This document shows, piece by piece, positions 9,536 to 20,831 of a DNA stretch of 64,000 bases; the first letter of the stretch is position 1; every line of letters begins with the position of its first letter. A program made the position numbers and the translations under genes. Where the stretch lies: positions 160,001 through 224,000 of the forward strand of contig JBGPIA010000005.1 in NCBI GenBank assembly GCA_041484665.1, given 5' to 3'. The notes below the pieces were generated by a model. It saw only the letters and a program-made list of their open reading frames with translations, made no database searches and had not been told where the DNA came from. Origin of the DNA: Candidatus Krumholzibacteriia bacterium (lineage in GTDB: Bacteria; Krumholzibacteriota; Krumholzibacteriia; JAJRXK01).

Positions 9536-10452
9536 CAGCCCAGCTCCACGCGCGGGTCCAACGCGCTGTAGAGCACGTCGACCAGCAGATTGAGGGCGAT
9601 CAGCAGGGCGCTGTAGAGCAGGACGGTTCCCATGGCCAGCGTGTAATCGCGATTGAGCGCTGCATTGACCAGGAAGCTCCCCAGCCCCGGGACCGAGAAG
9701 ATCTGCTCGACCACCACGCTGCCCACCAGGATCGAGGCGGTGGCCGGGCCCAGGTAGCTGATCACCGGCAGCAGCGCCGGCCGCAGCACGTGCTTGAGGA
9801 CGACCTGGCGCTCGGACAGCCCCTTGGCGCGCGCAGTGCGCACGAAGTCCTGCCCGACGACCTCCAGCGCTCCGGCGCGCATCAAGCGTGCGATGGTCGC
9901 GGCCCGCAGCGCCCCCAGCGTCACGGCAGGCAGGAGCAGCTGCTGCAGGCTGCCGATCCCGCCCACGGGCAAGAGCCGCAGCTGGAACACAAACACGATG
10001 ATCAGCAGCGGCCCGAGCACGAAGTTGGGCACGCAGATGCCCAGGAGCGCGATCCCCATCGCCAGGCGGTCGGGCCAGCGGTTGTGGCGCAGCGCGGCGA
10101 TCAACCCCAGCGGGATGCCTGTGACGAGCGCCATCGCCAGCGCGAGCACTCCCAACGTCAGCGACACGGGGAACGCCTGGGCGATGATCTCGCGGACGCT
10201 CCAGCCCACGTACTTGTAGCTGGGGCCCAGATCGCCGTGCAGCAGCCCGCCGACGTACAGCGAGAGCTGCTGCGGCAACGGCTGGTGCAGGCCGTAGCGC
10301 GCCTCGAGGTTGGCCTGCACGGCCGGCGGCAGCGCGCGCTCCGTGTCGAAGGGCCCGCCCGGGGCCAGCCGCATGAACAGGAACGACCCCACGACGATCG
10401 CCAGCAGAAGCGGGATCGTGGAGAGCAATCGGCGCGCGAGGAACGATCTCAT
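9535..10452 (-). CDS. oppB: Oligopeptide ABC transporter permease OppB
   Basis: PGGPF, GDLGPS, TARAKGL, LDPRV; ATG overlaps the oppA stop. Confidence 0.93.
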   Translation of the reverse strand: MRSFLARRLLSTIPLLLAIVVGSFLFMRLAPGGPFDTERALPPAVQANLEARYGLHQPLPQQLSLYVGGLLHGDLGPSYKYVGWSVREIIAQAFPVSLTLGVLALAMALVTGIPLGLIAALRHNRWPDRLAMGIALLGICVPNFVLGPLLIIVFVFQLRLLPVGGIGSLQQLLLPAVTLGALRAATIARLMRAGALEVVGQDFVRTARAKGLSERQVVLKHVLRPALLPVISYLGPATASILVGSVVVEQIFSVPGLGSFLVNAALNRDYTLAMGTVLLYSALLIALNLLVDVLYSALDPRVELG

Positions 10453-12245
10453 CGGGAGCGTCCGGATGCTACCGCCGGGGCGGCCGCACCGACGGCACCG
10501 ACCCCACCGACGGCACCGACCGCACCCACCGCGCCGACCGCGCCTGCGGCAGACGCCTTGGCCGTGGTGCGCCGGACCATCTTCAGATCCAGCAATCCCA
10601 GCAGATTGGGCTGCAGCCCCTGCCAGCGCGCGCCGTCGAATAGCCGGGTCTCCACGAAATAGTACACAGGCAGGATGATGCACTCGCGCTGCGTCACGAT
10701 CTCCTCGCAGCGGCGCAGAAGCTCCATGCGCCGCGCCACCTCCAGCGTGCGAGCGGCGCGCGCGATCAAGCTGTCGTACTCGGCGCTGGCGAAGCCGGTG
10801 CGGTTGTTGCCGCTACCGCTCGACCAGATCTCCAGGAAGGTGTTGGGATCGAGGTAGTCGCCGGTCCAGTTGCCGCGGGCAATGTCGTAGTCAAGCTCAC
10901 GGGTGGTGGCCATGAAGACCTTCCACTCCTGATTGCGTAGCTCGACGTGGATGCCCAGCTCCTTGCTCCACTGCTGCTGCACGACCTCGGCGATCTGCTT
11001 GCTCGACTCGCTGGTGTTGAACAGCAGGGTGATGGTGGGGAAGCCCCGCCCGTCCGGAAACCCGGCCTGGGCCAGCAGGTCGCGCGCCAGCTCGGGCTGG
11101 TAGCCGGCCAGCTGCGCCTCGGTGTAGCCGGGCATGCCTGGCGGGACCAGGCTGTGTGCCGGCTGCTGGCCGCCGCGCGTGACGTGCTCGACGATGGCCT
11201 GCGCGTCTACGGCGTGGTAGAGCGCCATGCGCACGCGCACGTCGGACAGCGGTGGCCGCGTCACGTTGAACCGGTAGAAGAACGTCGTGAGGTTGGGCGA
11301 GCTGTGGAAGTCGGCTCGCGTACGCAGCTGGTCGACGATGGCCAGCGGGATGCCCGAGCCGTCCACCCAGTCGAGCACGCCGCTCGTGTAGCGGTTGAAG
11401 TTGCCGTTGATGTAGTCGCCGGGCAGCGCGTCCACCACATCCAGGCTGATCGCGGAGGCGTTCCAGTACGTGGGGCTGCGCTGCAGACGCATGCGGCGGT
11501 TGAGCTGCCAATCGGCCAGCACGAAGGCGCCATTGGTCACGATGTTGCCCGGGCGCAGCCAGCGGTCACCCTGCTGCTCGACGGCCCAGCGCGGCACGGG
11601 CAACAGCGACGGCAGCGCGCAGAGGTCCAGGAAGTAAGGCGTGGGGCTCTCCAGCCGCACGACGAACGTCGAGTCATCGGGGCAGCGCAGCCCGAGCTGG
11701 CCCGGATCGCGCGACTGGCCGGCGTTGAACGCCCGCGCCCCCTCCAGCGGGTAGAGGATGCCGGCGTACTTGGATGCGGTCGCCGGCTCCAGCAGCCGGG
11801 TCCAGGCGTAGTGGAAATCAGCGCTGGTGACGCGGCGCCCGTCGCTCCACGCGGCGCGCCGCAGGTGAAACGTGTAGTTGCGGCCGTCGGCGCTGACCTC
11901 CCACGCCCGTGCCATCCCGGGCGCGGGGGCCAGCGTCTGCGGATCGCGCGTGGTGAGACCTTCCCAGAGATTCAGCGCAATGATCCCGCCATTGGGGTCG
12001 CTCACCAGGCCGGGGTCGATCGTCTCGGGCTCGCGATTGAGGAAGGTGAAGTCGGCCAGGTCCTCGTGCAGCCCGCAGCCGGCGCAGAGCAGCGCAGCGG
12101 CCAGCAGCGAGGCAATGAGGCGCAACGTCGCGATGGCGCGCAGGCGTACCGCGCGGTATCGTGCCCGCCGCTGTGCCGCCGCGGGGCCCGCCGCCCGGGC
12201 AGCGCCGGCTGCGAAGCGCGTCCGATCGCTGTTGCGCAGAGTCAT
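10449..12245 (-). CDS. oppA: Oligopeptide ABC substrate-binding lipoprotein OppA (family 5) with a GAV-repeat tail
   Basis: Lipobox-like CAGC, EPETIDP, WSDG, DVRVRMAL, WxGDYxDP; start uncertain. Confidence 0.88.
   Translation of the reverse strand: MTLRNSDRTRFAAGAARAAGPAAAQRRARYRAVRLRAIATLRLIASLLAAALLCAGCGLHEDLADFTFLNREPETIDPGLVSDPNGGIIALNLWEGLTTRDPQTLAPAPGMARAWEVSADGRNYTFHLRRAAWSDGRRVTSADFHYAWTRLLEPATASKYAGILYPLEGARAFNAGQSRDPGQLGLRCPDDSTFVVRLESPTPYFLDLCALPSLLPVPRWAVEQQGDRWLRPGNIVTNGAFVLADWQLNRRMRLQRSPTYWNASAISLDVVDALPGDYINGNFNRYTSGVLDWVDGSGIPLAIVDQLRTRADFHSSPNLTTFFYRFNVTRPPLSDVRVRMALYHAVDAQAIVEHVTRGGQQPAHSLVPPGMPGYTEAQLAGYQPELARDLLAQAGFPDGRGFPTITLLFNTSESSKQIAEVVQQQWSKELGIHVELRNQEWKVFMATTRELDYDIARGNWTGDYLDPNTFLEIWSSGSGNNRTGFASAEYDSLIARAARTLEVARRMELLRRCEEIVTQRECIILPVYYFVETRLFDGARWQGLQPNLLGLLDLKMVRRTTAKASAAGAVGAVGAVGAVGGVGAVGAAAPAVASGRSR
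10486..10544 (-). repeat. 9-nt tandem repeat (about 6 copies) encoding (GAV)n at the OppA C-terminus
   Basis: gcaccgacg/gcaccgacc-like units on the + strand; protein GAVGAVGAVGAVGGVGAVG. Confidence 0.85.
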
Positions 12246-12304
12246 CACGCGGTGCCGGTGGGGGCGGGGCCGGCGGCGCATTGTAGCGCAGCCCCGGGCG
12301 GACC

Positions 12305-13642
12305 ATGAACCTCGATCGACCACTCCTCGCGCGGATCCTGCGGCTGGGCACGCCGGTGGTCCTGGGGACCATCAGCGCGACCACCATGGGTCTGATCGAC
12401 ATGGCGATGGTGGGCCGGCTGGGCCCTGCCTACCTCGCGGCCGTGGGGCTGGCGACCAACCTCTTCAGCACCGTGGTCCGCACGACCCTCGCGTTGGGCC
12501 AGGCAGCCCAGACGCTCACGGCGCGGCGCGTCGGCGAGTCCCGCGAGGCAGCCGTGGGGGAGGTGGTGGACGTGGCCCTCACGCTGGGAGTGGTCGTGGG
12601 TGTGGCCATCACGGTGCTGATGGCGCTCGCTGCGGGGCCGGCCATGGGGCTGTTGGCCCACCAGCCCGAGCTGGCCCGGCTGGGTGCGGGCTACATCATC
12701 TGGCGGGCGCCCGAGGCGCTGTTCCTGATGCTGTTGTTCGTCTACCGGGGCTTCTTCGAGGGGATCGGCCGCACGGCGGTGCCCGCCCTGGTGGGCGTGG
12801 TCACCATGCTGTGCAACGTGGCGCTCAACTGGTGTCTGATCTACGGCAAGCTGGGGATGCCGCGGATGGAGGCGAGGGGGGCGGGGCTGGCCTCGGCGCT
12901 GGCGACCTTGATCGGTGCGCTGTTGCTCGCGCTGCTGGCCCGCTCGGCGGGCCTGCGCCAGCGATTCGACCTGCGGCTGCGCCCGAGCTTGAAGGCCGCG
13001 ATCCTGCGCCCGCTGTGGCGCGTGGCCTGGCCCGGCGCCCTACGCACGTTCCTCGTGATCCTGAGCTTCACCTTGTTCCTGGCCATCATCGAGCGACTGG
13101 GCACCGTGCAGTTGGCGGCCAGCAACGGCGTCATCCTGATCCTGAGCTTCAGCTTCATGCCGGCAATCGGCGTGGGCACCGCGGTGGCGACCCTGGTCGG
13201 CCAGAGCCTAGGCCGCCATGACGTCGCGGCGGCGCGGCGTACGGGGTGGCATGGCGTGCTGGTGAGCGTGGCCTTCATGGGGATCATGGGCGTGCTGTTC
13301 CTCTCGGCTCCGCGGCCGTGCCTGCGCCTGTTCACCAACGATCCCGAGATCCTGGACGTGGGCGTGCCAGTGCTGCGTTTGATGGGGCTGGTGCAGATGT
13401 TCGACGCCACCGGACTCACGCTCGCGGGGGCAATCGGTGGGGCGGGGCACACGCGGCTGGTGATGCTGGCCGACGTGGGGAGCGCCTACCTGCTGTTCCT
13501 GCCGCTGACCTGGCTGATTGCCCTGCGCCTGCACCACGGGCTCATGGGCGCCTGGCTCGCGGCGATGATCTGGTTCTTCGTCTTCGCGGTGCTGATGGTG
13601 CTCGCCTGGGCACGCGGAGGTTGGGCGCGGGTGCGGGTGTAG
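12305..13642 (+). CDS. MATE family efflux transporter
   Basis: About 12 hydrophobic segments; IDMAMVGRLG, LIYGKLGMPRME..GAGLAS, LVGQSLG MATE motifs. Confidence 0.92.
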   Translation: MNLDRPLLARILRLGTPVVLGTISATTMGLIDMAMVGRLGPAYLAAVGLATNLFSTVVRTTLALGQAAQTLTARRVGESREAAVGEVVDVALTLGVVVGVAITVLMALAAGPAMGLLAHQPELARLGAGYIIWRAPEALFLMLLFVYRGFFEGIGRTAVPALVGVVTMLCNVALNWCLIYGKLGMPRMEARGAGLASALATLIGALLLALLARSAGLRQRFDLRLRPSLKAAILRPLWRVAWPGALRTFLVILSFTLFLAIIERLGTVQLAASNGVILILSFSFMPAIGVGTAVATLVGQSLGRHDVAAARRTGWHGVLVSVAFMGIMGVLFLSAPRPCLRLFTNDPEILDVGVPVLRLMGLVQMFDATGLTLAGAIGGAGHTRLVMLADVGSAYLLFLPLTWLIALRLHHGLMGAWLAAMIWFFVFAVLMVLAWARGGWARVRV

Positions 13643-13784
13643 GGGCGCCGGCGCCTGTTGCGCCGACGCGCGCGGCGGTATCTTCCATTCGCCTCCGCCT
13701 CGGGGAGCGTGTATAACCTCCCCCTGGAGGCGCGCCGCGCACGGCGCGCCACCTCCACGCCTCTGCCTGCCTCCCAGGGAGCCC

Positions 13785-15518
13785 GTGTCGATGGACGACC
13801 TGCCCCTGTTCGCCAACGCCGATCGCCCGCAGGTCGAGCCGCCGCAGGCCAAGTCCCCGCAGGCCAAGCGCAAGCGGGCCTCCAAGCGCCGCCTTGGCAA
13901 GGATGCCGACCCTGGCCTGGGGCGCGCGGTGGACGGCGCGCCCGAGCCCGCTGCCGCGGAGGCCGGCGCGCCCGGGGCGGGGCCCGCGGCGGTGCCGGAG
14001 CCGGGGCCTTTGGTGAATTCCGACCTGGTCGCCCCCGCCGCGCCGACCACCTGGTCGGTGCTCCAGCTGAATCAGGCGATCGCCTTGGCGCTGGAGGCCG
14101 CCTTTCCCGGCGAGGTCTGGGTCCGCGGCGAGATCCAGGGACTCGATCGCTCGCGCGCGCCGGGCAAGAAGCACTGGTACTTCGAGCTCGTGGAGAAGAA
14201 GGCCGCTCGCGATGAGGTCGCCGCGCGCGTCCCGGTGGCCCTGCTGGAGTGGAACCGCGTGGGGATGCCGCGCGACGAGCAGGACTTCATGCGCCAGGAA
14301 GCCGCCGACGGACGCGAGGTGCGCATCCGCGCCCACATCGGTTATTACGCTCCCTTCGGCAAGCTCCAGCTGGAGATGACCGGCGTCGACCCGGCCTTCA
14401 CGCTCGGCCAGCTCGCTGCCAGCCGCGAGCGCATCCTGCGGACGCTGGCCGCCGAGCGGCTGCTCGAGAAGAACAAGCTGGTGCCGCTGCCGCTGGTCCC
14501 GTTGCGCATCGGGCTGGTCACCAGCATCGGCAGCGCCGCCTACAATGACTTCGTGCAGGAGCTCTCGCGCAGCGGCTACGGATTCCGCGTCCTGGCGCGC
14601 GACGTCCGGGTGCAGGGGGAGGAGACCGAGCCCAGCGTCGTGGCCGCGCTGAAGGATTTCGCGCGGCGCCGGCCCGACGTGGTCGTCATCGTGCGCGGCG
14701 GAGGCTCGCGCAGCGATCTGGCCTGGTTTGACAGCGAGGCGATCGCCCGCGCCATCGCCGCCATGCCCGTGCCCGTGCTGACCGGGATCGGCCACGAGAT
14801 CGATCGCAGCGTTGCCGACGAGGTGGCCCACCAGTACTTCAAGACCCCCACGGCCTGCGCGGCATTCCTCGCCGAGCGCGCCCGCGAGTTCGCGCTGCAG
14901 TTGCGCGGGAGCTGGGAGCAGGTCGCCGGGTTGGCGCGCAGCCTGCTCGACGTACAATCCGAGGAGATCATGCGCGTCGCGGCGACGGCGGGACGGCTCG
15001 CGCGGACCACCGTGCGCGTGCAGGACCGCGCGCTGGCCGAGCGGGCGCGCCGCGTGCGGCGCGAGGCGCCGCGGCTGCTCGAGCAGCACGGTATGCGCCT
15101 GGCGCGGCGCAGCGGCGAGATCGCCGCCGCCGGCCGCCTGCGCGTCGCGCACCAGGCGGCCGGGCTGGCGGCCGCGCGACAGGCGCTGGCGTTGCCGCGG
15201 CTGCTGCGGCCGCTGCTGGCGCGTCACCGCCACGGCGAGGAGCTCGTGGCGCGCGTGCTGCACCTGGCCGGCCTGCGCGCGGCGACGCACCTGGAGCGCA
15301 TGGCCGCCCAGGAGCTGCGCGTGCGCGCGCTGGACCCGCGCCGGGTGCTGGCGCGCGGATTCACGCTGACCAACGACGGCGGCGGGCGCCTGCTGCGCAG
15401 CGCCACCGACGTGGTCCAGGGCGCCACTCTCGTCACCACCTTCGTCGACGGACAAGCGCGCAGCCGCGTCGAGCAGACTCCGTCACGCCCTCCCGGCACA
15501 CAAGGAGAGCCAGCATGA
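13785..15518 (+). CDS. xseA: Exodeoxyribonuclease VII large subunit with N-terminal low-complexity extension
   Basis: VWVRGEI, HWYFEL, RGGGS, TGIGHEID, KTPTA, VLARGF. Confidence 0.93.
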   Translation: MSMDDLPLFANADRPQVEPPQAKSPQAKRKRASKRRLGKDADPGLGRAVDGAPEPAAAEAGAPGAGPAAVPEPGPLVNSDLVAPAAPTTWSVLQLNQAIALALEAAFPGEVWVRGEIQGLDRSRAPGKKHWYFELVEKKAARDEVAARVPVALLEWNRVGMPRDEQDFMRQEAADGREVRIRAHIGYYAPFGKLQLEMTGVDPAFTLGQLAASRERILRTLAAERLLEKNKLVPLPLVPLRIGLVTSIGSAAYNDFVQELSRSGYGFRVLARDVRVQGEETEPSVVAALKDFARRRPDVVVIVRGGGSRSDLAWFDSEAIARAIAAMPVPVLTGIGHEIDRSVADEVAHQYFKTPTACAAFLAERAREFALQLRGSWEQVAGLARSLLDVQSEEIMRVAATAGRLARTTVRVQDRALAERARRVRREAPRLLEQHGMRLARRSGEIAAAGRLRVAHQAAGLAAARQALALPRLLRPLLARHRHGEELVARVLHLAGLRAATHLERMAAQELRVRALDPRRVLARGFTLTNDGGGRLLRSATDVVQGATLVTTFVDGQARSRVEQTPSRPPGTQGEPA

Positions 15519-15778
15519 GCGCCAAGCCGGCCGCCCAGGCCGATTCCATGCAGCCCGAGACCCGCTACGCCCAGGCCGTGGAGGAGCTCGACAAGATCCT
15601 GAAGGAGCTGGAGAACGACACCATCGACGTGGACGATCTGGCGGCGCGCGTGCGCCGCGCCAGCGAGCTCATCCAGTTGTGCCGCGACCGGCTCACGCGC
15701 ACCAAGATGGAGATCGAGCAGATCGTCAAGGACCTGGAGAGCTTCGAGCAGGAGGCTTCCGAGGAGGAGGGCGGGTGA
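15515..15778 (+). CDS. xseB: Exodeoxyribonuclease VII small subunit
   Basis: YAQAVEELDKILKELE...C..RL pattern; ATGA overlap with xseA. Confidence 0.92.
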   Translation: MSAKPAAQADSMQPETRYAQAVEELDKILKELENDTIDVDDLAARVRRASELIQLCRDRLTRTKMEIEQIVKDLESFEQEASEEEGG

Positions 15779-17781
15779 CGGACGTCCCGGCCGCGGCGAA
15801 GGCGGGCGCGGGACCCGACGTGAGCGCCGGCGCGGGCGGCAACGCCCCGGAATCTGCGGGCAACGCCCCCGAGCCCTTCATCCAGGCACGCGACGGAGAA
15901 ACGCCGGACCAGATCGACGCGCGCTGGCTGCGCGACGTCTACCGCGGTGAGGGCGATTCTCAGCTGACGCTGCGCGCGGTCCTCACCGGGGCGCTGCTCG
16001 GCGCGCTCATGGCCCTCAGCAATCTCTACGTCGGCCTGAAGGCCGGCTGGGCCCTGGGCGTGGCCATCACCGCATGCATCCTCAGCCACTCGCTGTGGCA
16101 GGGACTGGTCGGCCTGCGACTGGCGCGCAGCCCGCTCTCGCTGCTCGAGAGCAACTGCATGCAGTCGACGGCCTCGGCGGCCGGTTTCTCCACGGTCTCG
16201 ATCATGGTGTCTGCCGTCCCTGCGTACCTGATGCTCACCGGCGTGATGGTGCGCCCCTTGTGGCTGGTCTTGTGGACGTTCTTCCTATCGATGCTGGGCG
16301 TGATGATGGCGATCCCGCTCAAGCGCCAGATGATCAACCGCGAGCAGCTGGCCTTTCCCAGCGGCGTCGCCGCGGCGCAGACTCTGCGCGGCCTGCACGA
16401 GCGCGGCAGCGAGGCCGTGCGCCAGGCGCGGGCGCTGTTCGCCGCGATGGGCGTGGGCGCGCTCTCGGGCTGGCTCAGCGGCAACACGTTCCGCTGGTGG
16501 AGGCTGCCCCGGCTGCCGGAGTCGCTGTCGTTTCCCGGGCGGCTGGCGGGCTTCCCGCTGTCGGACTACACGATCGGCGTCGACCTGGGTGCCGTCTCGA
16601 TCGCCGCGGGCGCGCTGATCGGGCTGCGCACCACGGTGTGGATGCTGGCCGGCTCGGCGCTCAACTACCTGATCATCGTGCCGTGGCTCTTGCGCAGCGG
16701 GCGGTTGGAGGCCGTCGACTACCGGCTCATCCATCGGTCGTTCAGCCTGTGGGCGGGCGCTGCGATCATGATCAGCGCGTCGTTGACCTCGCTCGCGCTG
16801 CAATGGCGCGTGGTGGGCAGGGGGCTGCGCGAGCTGGCAACGCTGGTTTCGGGCGTGACGCGGCGGCGGCGGGTACAGGAGCAGGCGGGGGCTTTGGCGG
16901 GCGCGGCCGCCGAGGCGGCGCCCCTGCGCCCTGCGGCCCGTCTGGCAGCCCTCGAGCTCCCCGGAGGCTGGTTCGCATTCGGCCTGGTCGCGGCCTCGAC
17001 CGGCATCGTGCTGGTGGGCTACCGCGCGTTCGCCATTGCGCCCGGACTGTCGCTCCTGTCGATCGCACTCTCGTTCGTGCTGGTCATGGTGGCCAGCCGC
17101 GCCACCGGCGAGACGGACATCACCCCCAGCGGCGACATGGGCAAGATCACACAGCTCGTGTTCGGCGTCGTGGCGCCGGGCAGCATGACCGGCAACATCA
17201 TGATGGCCTCGGTCACGTCCGCGGCGGCGGCGTCGAGCTCGGACCTGCTGGTCGACCTCAAGTGCGGCTACCTGCTCGGCGCCAGCCCACGCCCGCAGTT
17301 CCTCGCGCAATTCCTCGGGGTGGTCGCCGGCACGGCGGTCGTAGTCCCGGCGTTCACGCTGATCGTGCCGCGCGCCTCGATGCTCGGGACGCCAGCGCTG
17401 CCCGCACCGGCCGCACAGGCGTGGCAGGCGATGGCCGAGCTGATGATCGCCGGTGCCTCCGTGCTCAACGATACGGCGCGCTGGGGGCTGTTGTTCGGGC
17501 TGCTGGTGGGCATCCTCATCCCGCTCCTGGAGGAGGCCTACCCCAAGCGCGCCCGCTGGATCCCCAGCCCCTTCGGGCTGGGGTTGGGGCTGGTGATCTA
17601 CTTCAGCAACAGCGCGGCGTTCTTCGTCGGGGCGCTGTTGGCGTGGCTCTTCGCGCGGAGGTCGCCGCAGCGGGCGCAGCGTTACAGCGTGCCCATCGCC
17701 AGCGGACTGATCGCCGGCGAGAGTCTGATCGGGGTGCTGCTGGCGGCGTTGATTGCCCTGGGGGTGATGCCGGCGGAGTAG
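15775..17781 (+). CDS. OPT family oligopeptide transporter
   Basis: QLTLRAV, NLYVGLKAG, ESNCMQSTASA, FPSGVAAA, DLKCGYLLGA, SGLIAGES; GTGA overlap with xseB. Confidence 0.92.
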   Translation: MTDVPAAAKAGAGPDVSAGAGGNAPESAGNAPEPFIQARDGETPDQIDARWLRDVYRGEGDSQLTLRAVLTGALLGALMALSNLYVGLKAGWALGVAITACILSHSLWQGLVGLRLARSPLSLLESNCMQSTASAAGFSTVSIMVSAVPAYLMLTGVMVRPLWLVLWTFFLSMLGVMMAIPLKRQMINREQLAFPSGVAAAQTLRGLHERGSEAVRQARALFAAMGVGALSGWLSGNTFRWWRLPRLPESLSFPGRLAGFPLSDYTIGVDLGAVSIAAGALIGLRTTVWMLAGSALNYLIIVPWLLRSGRLEAVDYRLIHRSFSLWAGAAIMISASLTSLALQWRVVGRGLRELATLVSGVTRRRRVQEQAGALAGAAAEAAPLRPAARLAALELPGGWFAFGLVAASTGIVLVGYRAFAIAPGLSLLSIALSFVLVMVASRATGETDITPSGDMGKITQLVFGVVAPGSMTGNIMMASVTSAAAASSSDLLVDLKCGYLLGASPRPQFLAQFLGVVAGTAVVVPAFTLIVPRASMLGTPALPAPAAQAWQAMAELMIAGASVLNDTARWGLLFGLLVGILIPLLEEAYPKRARWIPSPFGLGLGLVIYFSNSAAFFVGALLAWLFARRSPQRAQRYSVPIASGLIAGESLIGVLLAALIALGVMPAE

Positions 17782-17902
17782 TTGCGGGCGGCGCAGGCCG
17801 GCTGGATGGCGTCCGGCGGGCACCGGGCACGGCCTGCCCGTCGCCCGGATCCTCCACGGCAACGACGAAGCCCGAGGGCGGGATGAGGCCGCCAGCCGGC
17901 CC

Positions 17903-18411
17903 TTACTGCCTGCGCTCGCACAGCTCCAGCAGCACGCCGCCGCTGGAGCGCGGGTGCACGAAGGCGATCATCTTGCCGTGCGCCCCCTGGCGGGGCTTGC
18001 GGTCGATCATTTCAAGCCCGGCCGCCTCGGCGGCACGGATGGCGGCCACGCAGTCGGGCACGCGCAGCGCGATGTGGTGCACGCCGCCGCCGCGCTTGGC
18101 AATGAACTTCGCCACCGGCGAGTCGGGATTCGAAGGCTCCAACAGCTCCAACAGCCCACCGCCACCCAGCTCGAGGATCGCGACCTTCACGCCGTCGTAG
18201 TCGACGGTTTCCTCTTCGACCAGCGGCAGTCCCAGCAGGTCGCGATACAGCGTCAGCCCCTCGCGCAGGCTGGGCACGGCGACGCCGATGTGATCCAGAC
18301 CGTGGGAGAGGGCTCGCAGCGCCGTGGGCAGCGTGTTCAGCGCCCGATCCACCTGCTCGGGGTCGAGCTTCAGCTGCGTCTTCTTCGCTGTTTCCTTCAT
18401 CGGCTCCTTCA

Positions 18412-18412
<1 letters not shown>
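17903..18412 (-). CDS. mce: Methylmalonyl-CoA epimerase
   Basis: DHIGVAV, LELLEP, GVHHIAL, FVHPRSSGGVLLEL; start overlaps the mutase stop. Confidence 0.92.
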
Positions 18413-20087
<1,675 letters not shown>

Positions 20088-20091
<4 letters not shown>

Positions 20092-20780
20092 GACGCGCCC
20101 CCCGCGCCCCCCGCTCCGCGCGGCCGCCGCGGGGGGGCCGCCGGTCCGTCGGTGGGGCGTGGCCGCGCCGGTCCCGTGACCGCGGCCTGCGGCTCGCTCG
20201 TGCGGGGCGGCCGCAGCGTAACTGTTGCCAGCTCGTCTGCGCTTGGGGGCGGCAGGTCGGCGGGGTCGGCCAGGCGCAGCAGCACGGTGCCGCCCTCCAC
20301 TTTCTGGCCCGGCTTGACCAGCACCTCGCCCACAACCCCGGCACGGGGCGCGGCGAGCTCGTTCTGCATCTTCATCGCCTCGAGCACGATCAGGGGCTCG
20401 CCGGCCGCCACGCGCTGGCCCGGCTGCACCTTGATCGTCACCACCAGCCCGGGCATCTCCGCACGCAGCTCCGAGCGCCCCTCGTGCGTGCGCCGCGCGC
20501 CGCCGGCGGCTGCGGCCAGCTCGTCGAGCACCTCGACGTGCTCGCGCTGACCGTTGAGGAACGCGGCGCGCAGCCGCGGGCCCAGGCGCGCGATGTCCAC
20601 CAGGAACATGCGTCCCTCCTGGCGGATCGACACGCTGCGGCCGCCATCCAGGATGCGCAGGTCCTCGAAGCTGGACCCCCGCGCGGACTCCACGCGTACG
20701 CGGCCCGCAGCGTCGCGCACCACGGTTGCCCGGGCGTCCAGGCCGACGCGGCGGATGTGGTAGGTCTTGCGCAGCTCCAT
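20088..20780 (-). CDS. Biotin carboxyl carrier subunit of acyl-CoA carboxylase
   Basis: EAMKM biotinylation motif. Confidence 0.92.
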
Positions 20781-20831
20781 GATGATCTCGCCTGTCTTCG
20801 AAGGCTCACGGGCCCCAAACGGTCCGCACGC

